64,000 bases of DNA from an uncultured delta proteobacterium (GTDB lineage Bacteria > Myxococcota_A > Polyangia > Palsa-1104): contig CAWAWS010000033.1 in assembly GCA_963785725.1 (NCBI GenBank), positions 256,001 to 320,000 of the forward strand, in the 5' to 3' direction. The position numbers and the translations under genes are program-made. Positions 39,328 to 47,019 of the stretch are shown piece after piece. Position 1 is the stretch's first letter. Each line of letters opens with the position of its first letter. The notes beneath the pieces are model-generated. The model had not been told where the DNA came from, ran no database searches, and was given only the letters and a program-made list of their open reading frames with translations.

Positions 39328-39654
39328 CTAATGCCAGAGCGTCGTGTGGCCGGCGGCGAGCCGATCGATGACCGCGTCGAGGTCCGCCGGCGTGATGGCG
39401 GACGCCAGCCGTCCGGCGTGGATGCCGCGCTCGCGCAGCGAGAAGTCGTCGGCGAGGATCGCGACGCCGCTCGCGCGCAGCTCGTCGAGCACGCTCGATT
39501 CGGCCTGTGCGCGCGCCGGCAGCACGCCGTTCTGCACGAGGAAGAACGTCACCTCGTGCCGCTTGCGCGCCAGCGTCGCCGCCAGCCGATAGAAGTAATT
39601 GTCGTCGCCGGACTCGAAGGGATCGCGCGATTCGATCAGCAAATACTTGGCCAT
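39328..39654 (-). CDS. DsrH/TusB-like protein
   Basis: FFLVQNGV...LADDFSLRERGI...TLW; AGGAGGAG RBS. Confidence 0.7.
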   Translation of the reverse strand: MAKYLLIESRDPFESGDDNYFYRLAATLARKRHEVTFFLVQNGVLPARAQAESSVLDELRASGVAILADDFSLRERGIHAGRLASAITPADLDAVIDRLAAGHTTLWH

Positions 39655-39673
39655 CAGCTCCTCCTACGAAACG

Positions 39674-39707
39674 AAAAAAGCCCGCCGGCGGGTGCGCGCG
39701 GCGGGCT
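39674..39707 (-). terminator. Intrinsic terminator (attenuator 1) upstream of the dsr-like genes
   Basis: AGCCCGCC-loop-GGCGGGCT followed by a T run, about 20 nt before the start codon. Confidence 0.85.
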
Positions 39708-39726
39708 CGGATGCAGCAAATCGCAA

Positions 39727-39804
39727 CTAAGGAACGGCGATCGGCGGCCCGGTGCCCGCACGTGCGCGACAACATCCCGCGCTGTCCATCGCCATCCGTT
39801 TCAT
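39727..39804 (-). CDS. Cys-Cys leader peptide 1 (25 aa)
   Basis: MKRMAMDSAGCCRARAGTGPPIAVP with TGT-TGT at codons 11-12. The ATG lies 6 nt after the -10. Confidence 0.7.
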   Translation of the reverse strand: MKRMAMDSAGCCRARAGTGPPIAVP

Positions 39805-39810
39805 AAGACG

Positions 39811-39839
39811 ACTATCCGTTATAACGGACGCGCTGTCAA
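39811..39839 (-). promoter_or_regulatory. sigma70 promoter with palindromic operator in the spacer
   Basis: TTGACA, 17 nt, GATAGT; perfect palindrome TCCGTTATAACGGA at 39815-39828. Confidence 0.7.
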
Positions 39840-40288
39840 GGGCGTAAATAGCGCCACTTCTTCTCCGGCTTGCCGTGCTTGCCGCGGCGATCGGTCGTCC
39901 AGCCGCTGCAGGCGGACATGTGCTTGAAGACATCGGCGGGATCGGCCAAACGATCGGGCACGATGGGCTCGCTGCACAGCCAGCAGATCGTGACCTCGGC
40001 CGCCTCTTCGGCGACGCGCCTGGGGCCTTTGACGGCGACGCGCAGCACGAGCTTGGCGCGCCGCAAGTGCTCGAGCGCGATCCTCGCCGCGCCGGATTCG
40101 AGCGTGCCCAGCCGAATCTCCTCGGCGACGCGGCGCTCGGTGTCGCGCAACGCGTCCAGCGAGGTCGGCACCTCGGCGCCTTGGCGCGCGACGCCCGCGT
40201 CCTCCGCGACCCGCTCGGCGAGCGGCGCCGATCGTTCCGCCGCGAGCAGTTGCGGCACTCCCAAGCGGCGTTGCTGAAGCATGCCCAT
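39836..40288 (-). CDS. Hypothetical protein with CxxC...HxxxC zinc-finger-like motif
   Basis: AGGAGA RBS; CWLC...HMSAC near the C-terminus. Confidence 0.6.
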   Translation of the reverse strand: MGMLQQRRLGVPQLLAAERSAPLAERVAEDAGVARQGAEVPTSLDALRDTERRVAEEIRLGTLESGAARIALEHLRRAKLVLRVAVKGPRRVAEEAAEVTICWLCSEPIVPDRLADPADVFKHMSACSGWTTDRRGKHGKPEKKWRYLRP

Positions 40289-40321
40289 GACCGTTCTCCT
40301 GACAAAGTCGCAAACGTGCGT

Positions 40322-40363
40322 AAAAGCAAAAAGCCCACCGACCCTCGCGGGCTGGTGGGCTTT
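40322..40363 (-). terminator. Intrinsic terminator (attenuator 2)
   Basis: AAAGCCCACC-loop-GGTGGGCTTT followed by TTGCTTTT. Confidence 0.85.
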
Positions 40364-40381
40364 GGACCGCGTTCAGCGTCC

Positions 40382-40456
40382 TTAACAGCGCGCTGACGGA
40401 CCGTCGCCCATGCATCGCCGACAACACGTCGCGCGGTCGATGATCGGGCAACCCAT
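40382..40456 (-). CDS. Cys-rich leader peptide 2 (24 aa, 5 Cys)
   Basis: MGCPIIDRATCCRRCMGDGPSARC with TGT-TGT at codons 11-12. Confidence 0.75.
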   Translation of the reverse strand: MGCPIIDRATCCRRCMGDGPSARC

Positions 40457-40462
40457 CCTTCG

Positions 40463-40492
40463 CTTTTATCCGTTATTGCGGATGAATGTCAA
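40463..40492 (-). promoter_or_regulatory. sigma70 promoter with second operator copy
   Basis: TTGACA (40487-40492) and AT-rich -10 (GATAAAAG); ATCCGTTATTGCGGAT at 40468-40483. Confidence 0.65.
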
Positions 40493-40640
40493 ATCCGTGC
40501 ACTTTCCCGGCCGATTTGCGGGAATTGCGCGAGCGTCATCGTCCGCTATTACGGATGCCGATACGAAGCGTTAGCTGCAAGCGAGGGAATGGTCGAGCAG
40601 GGACGGCTGGGACAATCGGCGCGCAGTGGCGCGCGCGGCG

Positions 40641-41804
40641 CTATTTGAAGTTCGTCTTGATGACGAGCGCGCTCTTCGTCGTGTCCACGAAGTCCATGAC
40701 GATGGCGCCGTAGCGTCCGAACGTGTTGGCCGTGAAGTAGCTCGTCACCTTGGGGTTGATGACGTCGGAGACGCTGGGAATGTTCTCGAGCCCGCCGTCC
40801 GCGTCCTCATAGGCGCTCGTATGATTGATGTAGAGCTCGGTCATGCTGCCGGCCGGCGCTTCGGTCAATAGGCCGGAAATCGCCGTCCACTTCGCGTCAT
40901 CGTCGGGGACGTCGTAATAGTCCTGAATGCGCAGCTGCGCATTCCCATTGTCGATCGTGAAGGTCGTGTTGTCGGACCACACGGTGGCGTCGAGCCCTTT
41001 CGGCGTCGTGGTGGCGCTGAAGCGTCGCAAGAGCACGATCTTGCCGCGCACCGTGTCCAGCGTCGGGATGGTCGCGCCGAGATACCAGCGCTCCGGATGC
41101 TGCGCCGTATACGTGTCGAAGGTCTGCTCGAACGTGTTCGTCGATCCCGACTCCGGCTGCTCCTCTTTGACGCTCATGATGATCGCCTCGGTCGGATTGG
41201 CGGCGAGGAAGTCGTAGACGTTCTGCAGCACGGTCGCGAAGCTCAAGTTTTGATAGACCGTCAAATGATAGATATCGAATTGGTTATTCACATTTCGCGT
41301 GCGGATATCGAAATAGCGAATGCCCGCCGTCAGCTGATCGGGGACCGCCAGGTTCTGCGTCTTGGTCGCGCCGGCGACGTTCTCGAACAGCGCGCCCGTG
41401 TCGTGGCTCCCGGGAATCGACAGCGCCGCCAAGCTCGTCGCTCCGGGAATCGCGCCCAGCCAATTCGAACCGGTATAGGGCGGCGCCAGGTCGGTCGGCA
41501 CGACGGCCATGTCCGCCGGCGCGGCGTCGCTGGCGGCCGGATCGGCCGGCGCGGCGTCATCGACGACGACCATGTCGCCGACGCCCGCGCTCAGGTCGGG
41601 CACGCCGGCGTCGGTGGCGACGGACTGGTCGCGCCCGACGTCGAGATCGTGCGGGCTCGTGGCCAGGTCACCGAGGTCGTTCGACGACGACGAATTCCCG
41701 CAGCCGGCGACGGCGAGCGCGAGCGCGACGAACCTGGAGGCGGTCAGAATGTGCCGAGCAGCGGCGCGAGTCATGCGAGCCTTTGGCGTTGGATCATCCG
41801 CCAA
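40641..41804 (-). CDS. Phosphatidylinositol-specific phospholipase C (PI-PLC X domain) lipoprotein
   Basis: VAGC lipobox, acidic linker, LSIPGSHDT, QLTAGIRYFDIR, RGKIVLLRRF, IVMDF. Start uncertain. Confidence 0.9.
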   Translation of the reverse strand: MADDPTPKARMTRAAARHILTASRFVALALAVAGCGNSSSSNDLGDLATSPHDLDVGRDQSVATDAGVPDLSAGVGDMVVVDDAAPADPAASDAAPADMAVVPTDLAPPYTGSNWLGAIPGATSLAALSIPGSHDTGALFENVAGATKTQNLAVPDQLTAGIRYFDIRTRNVNNQFDIYHLTVYQNLSFATVLQNVYDFLAANPTEAIIMSVKEEQPESGSTNTFEQTFDTYTAQHPERWYLGATIPTLDTVRGKIVLLRRFSATTTPKGLDATVWSDNTTFTIDNGNAQLRIQDYYDVPDDDAKWTAISGLLTEAPAGSMTELYINHTSAYEDADGGLENIPSVSDVINPKVTSYFTANTFGRYGAIVMDFVDTTKSALVIKTNFK

Positions 41805-42027
41805 CGCTACTATTCTTGCCCCGTCGTTTGCGAGTCATACGTGACGAGCTTGGCTCTCTTTCGCGGTGCCGCGCCTCGCGCAGATCAGCGAGCGCGCCGC
41901 GCGACGCGAGCGCCGCGTGCGAACACCGAGCTCAGGAAACGTATGTTCGGCCACGGACGCGCGCGCGCGCACCGAGAACGGCCCGTGGCGGAGTCGGTAT
42001 CATGGCGCGACGGAGAAGGAGAGCGGC

Positions 42028-42528
42028 ATGACACCTCAGCGGCGTGGCCCGGCCATCATCGAGCTCCCGAACGATCTCGAGATCGTCATTGCGCGAGAGC
42101 TCGCGGCGCCGCTCCCACTCGTCTTCGACGTGCTGACGAAGCAGGAGCATCTGCTCAAGACCATCGCGCCATTCAGGGAGCGCGTGAGAGTGTGCTCAGT
42201 CGACCTGCGTGTGGGCGGGAAGTACCACTTCGTGTTCGTGACCGAAGACGGAATCGAGTGCTCGTTTCGTGGCACCTACTTGGAAGTCGAGCCGCCGACC
42301 CGGACCGTCCAGACGTGGCGGTTCGACGGGTGGCCGGATGCAGAGGCCGTCGAGACGCAGGCGCTTCGCGAAGCCGACGGCGTGACGACCTTGACGTGGA
42401 CGCTGGCCTTCCGCGACAAGGCCGGCCGTGCCCGCATGACCAAATTCGATGGCCCCGAGGCGAACTTGGACAAGGTCGAAGATCTCTTGATGTCGTTGCT
42501 CGATCCCGAGGGAATGGATTCCGGGTAA
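42028..42528 (+). CDS. SRPBCC/AHSA1-family protein
   Basis: EIVIARE..AP..LVF...DLRVGGKYHFV...FRGTYLEVEPP.R.VQTW. Confidence 0.88.
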   Translation: MTPQRRGPAIIELPNDLEIVIARELAAPLPLVFDVLTKQEHLLKTIAPFRERVRVCSVDLRVGGKYHFVFVTEDGIECSFRGTYLEVEPPTRTVQTWRFDGWPDAEAVETQALREADGVTTLTWTLAFRDKAGRARMTKFDGPEANLDKVEDLLMSLLDPEGMDSG

Positions 42529-43191
42529 TCGCGCTTCGGCTCAGACATCGACTGCAGGCATGAAGGTGCGCGCCGCGTTCCTGTAGAGCATTCGCTGGTA
42601 GACGGCCGCGCTCGTCGGCGTGGCCAACGCGCTCACCCAGTGGTCAGCCTGCTCACGCTCGCCGCCGTCGTCGCCGCCGCGCGCGTTCGCCCGCCCGGCA
42701 CGACCGCTCGCCCCACTCCCGCCCGCTGAGCTCAGCGTCGTCGACTTCGATGGCGCGTCCATGCTCGGCCCACTCCGCGTCGTGATCTCGATCGGCTAAG
42801 GCCACGTCACCTCGCGTCGGCTCATCGGAGCGGTCTCGACTGGCGTCCGCAGGAAGTGTGAATGCGCGCGTGCGATCGCCAGTGAGTGAATGCACTCGAC
42901 CGCGCCGCTGAACGTGACTCAGCGCAAACGGACCGCGTGTGCAATCACATGTTGCTAACAAAGCTACGGACGCAACTCGAAGAGTTGCCGTCGCGACTAC
43001 ACCCGAATTGCGGCGCGCGCAGATAGCGGCGGAACGGCCATTGCAGTCGCCGTCGCGCGCGGAGGAGGGCGCGCGCAGAACGCCTGCGCGGCGGACACGG
43101 GAGCGACAGTCCGGCTGCCGCAGCTCGTGCAAAGCGTCGCTCGCGCGACCCGTCCTCTTCTTGAACGGCTGCAACACAACTTGGAGCGCTG

Positions 43192-44409
43192 ATGTCTGAT
43201 CGACGTCGTCGTGTTGCAATGGGTTGGGCCGTCGCGTCTGCGATCGGGCTGTGCGCGTCTTGCGGGCAGTGTGCCGAGCCGTCGCGCCGCGCACTCTCTT
43301 ATGCTGCTTTGGGCGACGAGCTGGTCGAGGCGGTGCGCACCAAGTTCTTCGATGCCGATCGCGCCGCGCGCTGGGCCGCGCGCAATCGCGGCTTCGCCGG
43401 CGCCATCCGCGACGAGGCGAGCTTCGCGCGCGAGAGCAATCGGCGGCTGGCCGAGCTGGGCGCGTCGCACACCACCTATTTCTCGCCGCTGGCGCCGAAG
43501 ACGGACGAGCTCCGCGCAGTCTTCGAGCCCGAGCTCGGCGCCGCCGACGCGGTGAGCATCGGCGCACAGATCGAGCCGCTCGCCGGGCGCTTCTACGTGG
43601 TGACCCTCTTCCCCGACGGGCCGGCCGCGCACGCCGGGCTCTTGCGTGGCGACGAGATCGTCGCCGTCGATGGGCAGCCGTTCAACCCAGACGGCGCGTG
43701 GCCCGATCGCACACTCGCGGTCGCAATCCGGCGGCACGCCAATGGACCCGTGCAAACGATTGGCGTCACACCGCAGCGGGGCTCGATCAGAAAGGCGTGG
43801 CTGGCGGCCGAGCGCGCCGGCTCGCGCATCGTGACGCGCGCGGGCAAGCAGATCGCTTACGCGTGGATGTGGACCTGCGCCGGCGAGGACTATCAAGATC
43901 TGCTGGCGCAGAGGCTCACGTCCGACTTCGCGGCGGCAGATGCTCTGGTGGTCGATTTTCGCGATGGCTGGGGCGGCTGCAATCCCACCTTCGTGAACCT
44001 GTTCAATCGGGCGGTGCCGACGCTCCGCTCGTTGCGCCGCGACGGCCGCGCCCGTGTCTACGCGCCGGGTTGGCGACGGCCGCTGGTCGTGCTCGTCAAC
44101 CGCCGCACGCGCAGCGGCAAGGAGCTGGTGACGCGCGCGCTGCAGCGCGCCGGGCGTGCCACCGTCGTCGGTGAGCGCAGCGCGGGCGCGGTGCTCGCCG
44201 GCGACCCGATCACCTTGGGCAACGGCGGCATTCTGTACGTGGCCGTCGCCGATCTGCTCGTCGACGAGGAGCGGCTGGAAGGCGTCGGCGTCACGCCCGA
44301 AGTGCCCGTCGACGAGCAGCTGCCGTTTGCCGCCGGCGGCGATCCGCCGCTCGACCGCGCGCTCGAGGTCGCCGCCGACCTGGCCAAGCGCGACGCGGCG
44401 CACCGCTGA
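43192..44409 (+). CDS. S41-family (tail-specific) peptidase with PDZ domain, secreted
   Basis: ASHT, GPAAHAGLLRGDEIVAVDG, VVDFRDGWGG, TRSGKE, VGERSAG, LEGVGVTP. Confidence 0.88.
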   Translation: MSDRRRRVAMGWAVASAIGLCASCGQCAEPSRRALSYAALGDELVEAVRTKFFDADRAARWAARNRGFAGAIRDEASFARESNRRLAELGASHTTYFSPLAPKTDELRAVFEPELGAADAVSIGAQIEPLAGRFYVVTLFPDGPAAHAGLLRGDEIVAVDGQPFNPDGAWPDRTLAVAIRRHANGPVQTIGVTPQRGSIRKAWLAAERAGSRIVTRAGKQIAYAWMWTCAGEDYQDLLAQRLTSDFAAADALVVDFRDGWGGCNPTFVNLFNRAVPTLRSLRRDGRARVYAPGWRRPLVVLVNRRTRSGKELVTRALQRAGRATVVGERSAGAVLAGDPITLGNGGILYVAVADLLVDEERLEGVGVTPEVPVDEQLPFAAGGDPPLDRALEVAADLAKRDAAHR

Positions 44410-44472
44410 CCGACCCATGTTCGACCGCGCGAGAGACGGAATCTCTCGATGACCCGCAACCTGGAGGAACAG

Positions 44473-44658
44473 ATGAAAGACGTGAAGGACGAACTGAAGA
44501 AGCTGAGCAACGAGGCGCTGGCGAGCGTTCGCGGCGGTACCGTCACGCTGCGTCCGCCGTCGCTCGGCGGAGTCGGCGGCGGCAGCGCGCTTCTTTGCGG
44601 CGGCGATGCCATGGCCGAGAGCTGCGTTGCCATCATCCACATCCCCGCCAAGCAGTAA
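44473..44658 (+). CDS. Putative RiPP precursor with double-glycine leader
   Basis: GGAGGA RBS; MKDVKDELKKLSNEALASVRGG|TVTLRPPSLGGVGGGSALLCGGDAMAESCVAIIHIPAKQ. Ends 11 nt before the radical SAM gene. Confidence 0.8.
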   Translation: MKDVKDELKKLSNEALASVRGGTVTLRPPSLGGVGGGSALLCGGDAMAESCVAIIHIPAKQ

Positions 44659-44669
44659 GGAGTAGCCAC

Positions 44670-46145
44670 ATGTCCTCGAAGATCGCTGGCGCCTATCAGA
44701 CGTCTCGTTACAACTTCTTCGTACCGACGATCGAGGCGACGCTGCTTTACAACTCGCTCCACGGAAGCGTCGTCGGTCTGGGCTCGGCGCAAGCGGCCAA
44801 GCTTGCTTCGGCGCTGGCCAAGCCGGGCGTCGCGGTCTTCGAGGATGATCTACCACCCGAGCTGTTCTTGCAGCTCAGCGAAGGGCACTTCGTCGTCCCG
44901 CCGGGAACGGACGAGCTGGCGCTCATCAAAGAGCGCTTTCGCAAGGCGCGCAATGACGCGCCGGCGATTCTGACGATTACGACGACCATGGATTGCAACC
45001 TCGGCTGCTACTACTGTTATGAAGAGCGCTCCGGCGATCAGCTGACCCAGCAAGGCGATCTGGAAGCGCTCGTGGCCGAGGCGCGGCGCCTCGTGACGCG
45101 GCAAAACAAGACGACGCTGCATGTCGATTGGTATGGCGGCGAGCCGCTCCTGAACGTCGAGTTTCTCGAGGTGGCGTCGGCGCGTCTGTGTGCGCTCGCC
45201 GATGAGCTCGGCGTGCATTACGAGGCGTCGATCCTGACCAACGGCACCTGTTGGCCGGAGGATGTGGGCGCCTTCGTGGCGCGACATCGCATCGTCCGCG
45301 TGCAGATTCCGTTCGATGGGCTCAAGGAGAATCACGACAAACGAAGGCATTATCGCAAGGGTTATGCGCCTTCGGAGGACGCGTCGAGCTTCGAGCTGGC
45401 CGCCGCGCTCGTCGGAAAGCTGCTCGACCACACGCGCGTCGACATCCGCTGCAATATCGATCGTTCCAACGGCTCGGACTTTGTCGGGCTGATTCGCTTT
45501 GCACGCGAGCAGGGCTGGTTCGACAAGCGCTTCGCCGCGGTCATTCAACCGGCGCGCTTGACGAAATACTCCGAGCACACGTCGTTCATGCACAAGGCCG
45601 AGCTCGTTCGCAGCGACTTCGACACCGTTCGAGAGGAGATCGAGCGCGCGGTTCCCACGCATGTCGAAGTGCAAAACTCGAAAGTAGCGGCGTTTCCCGA
45701 GCCGCGCTTCTCGGTCTGCGCGGCGCTCAATGAAGATGCCGTCGTCGTCGGCGCCAATGGCTCGCTCTATCGCTGTGGCTTGCAGGTGGGCGAAAAGCAC
45801 CGCGTCGTCGGCGAGCTTCATGGCGCCGCGGCCAAACCGGACAACAAGCGCCATTTACCGCTTCTCGGCGCCGCCGGTAATGACGTCGAATTCTGGCGCA
45901 CATTCGATCCGACGGAGCGCCCGCGCTGCTCGGCCTGCACGTTCTTGCCGATCTGTTGGTCGGGTTGCCCCAAGGTGCATCTCGAAGGCGACGCACTGGC
46001 GATCGCACGGCAAGGCGAATACTGGCGCACCAACCTTCCGCGGCAGGTCGCCAACGGGCTCGGGCTTACGCTCGACGGAGAGTACGCGTTTTCGGCGCAA
46101 GACCAGTTCCCGGATGGCGAGCCCGAGACCCTCTCGCACTCGTAA
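44670..46145 (+). CDS. Radical SAM/SPASM peptide maturase
   Basis: AAGGAG RBS; about 90-aa RRE-like N-terminus, CNLGCYYC, WYGGEPLL, TNG; SPASM C-x18-C and CxxC-x5-C-x3-C. Confidence 0.9.
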   Translation: MSSKIAGAYQTSRYNFFVPTIEATLLYNSLHGSVVGLGSAQAAKLASALAKPGVAVFEDDLPPELFLQLSEGHFVVPPGTDELALIKERFRKARNDAPAILTITTTMDCNLGCYYCYEERSGDQLTQQGDLEALVAEARRLVTRQNKTTLHVDWYGGEPLLNVEFLEVASARLCALADELGVHYEASILTNGTCWPEDVGAFVARHRIVRVQIPFDGLKENHDKRRHYRKGYAPSEDASSFELAAALVGKLLDHTRVDIRCNIDRSNGSDFVGLIRFAREQGWFDKRFAAVIQPARLTKYSEHTSFMHKAELVRSDFDTVREEIERAVPTHVEVQNSKVAAFPEPRFSVCAALNEDAVVVGANGSLYRCGLQVGEKHRVVGELHGAAAKPDNKRHLPLLGAAGNDVEFWRTFDPTERPRCSACTFLPICWSGCPKVHLEGDALAIARQGEYWRTNLPRQVANGLGLTLDGEYAFSAQDQFPDGEPETLSHS

Positions 46146-46427
46146 CGTGCGCTGAAGACATAGTCCCGCCCATTCTCCGCGACGTCTCGAGTCGAATCCT
46201 CACGACAGCAGATCAGCGCCGTCCTGCAATTCAGTGCAAACGCGCGGCGGCGGCCGTGTGACCTATCGGTGCGACAAATCGCCGCAGGAATGGAATGCAA
46301 TCGTTTATCGGCTAGTCCGAGCGATCGATTGCCTCGACGGCGTGATCTGGACACACCGAGGTTGCGCCAAGTCATCGACAGCTCTCCCTCGCATACGTCA
46401 TCGTCGCGCGCAAAGGAGACTCCCCCC

Positions 46428-46982
46428 ATGACTAACGCAGTATCCCGCAATCGTATTCTCGGTATCGTCGGCACCTTGGTGCTGGCCGGCCTCGCCAGCG
46501 GCTGCACCTCCGGCGTGCTCGTCGACGAGAACTTCGACACCATCACCGATTCGCGCACGGCCAACGCGTCGGTGACGTTCCAGGAGCTGGGTTCGAACCT
46601 CTTGCCCAACGGCACCGAGTACACCTTCAACCTCAACCACCAGCCGTACATCTCGTTCGACGGGTTCCAGGCCGATGGCGCCACGACGTCCAAATACCCG
46701 GGCCTCGTGAACAGCGGGCATGTCATTCCGAACGGCAACTACCGGGTCGAGTTCTTCCAGCCCCAGGTCGGCTTTGCTTACTCGCCGCGCTTCACGCACT
46801 CGTACGCCAACCCGGGCACCTGCACCGATACCTTCTCCGGCGAGAGCGACGGCGACTGTGCGGTGTACTACTTCGAGCTGAACTACAACTGCCCGGTCTG
46901 CACCGGCTCGAGCTGCGGCGGCATCCAGACGCTGCCGACGCACAACGGCTTCCCGGTCATCGATATGTGCGTGTCCTTCTAA
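46428..46982 (+). CDS. Hypothetical lipoprotein with Cys-rich C-terminus
   Basis: AAGGAG RBS; LASGC lipobox; six further Cys in the C-terminal 55 aa. Confidence 0.7.
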   Translation: MTNAVSRNRILGIVGTLVLAGLASGCTSGVLVDENFDTITDSRTANASVTFQELGSNLLPNGTEYTFNLNHQPYISFDGFQADGATTSKYPGLVNSGHVIPNGNYRVEFFQPQVGFAYSPRFTHSYANPGTCTDTFSGESDGDCAVYYFELNYNCPVCTGSSCGGIQTLPTHNGFPVIDMCVSF

Positions 46983-47019
46983 TCATTCCCGAGGTTCGCT
47001 CGGTCGACCGACCTCGCAC

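Noticed and set aside
37489..39927. 812-aa plus-strand ORF, and similar long ORFs such as 47110..49578, 16223..18151, 54596..56617 and 28097..29914
   Set aside because: These are antisense shadows of well-supported genes in high-GC DNA; they are Arg/Ala-rich with no motifs.
42541..43190. Short ORFs or relic between the SRPBCC and S41 genes
   Set aside because: No recognisable motif, RBS or consistent frame.
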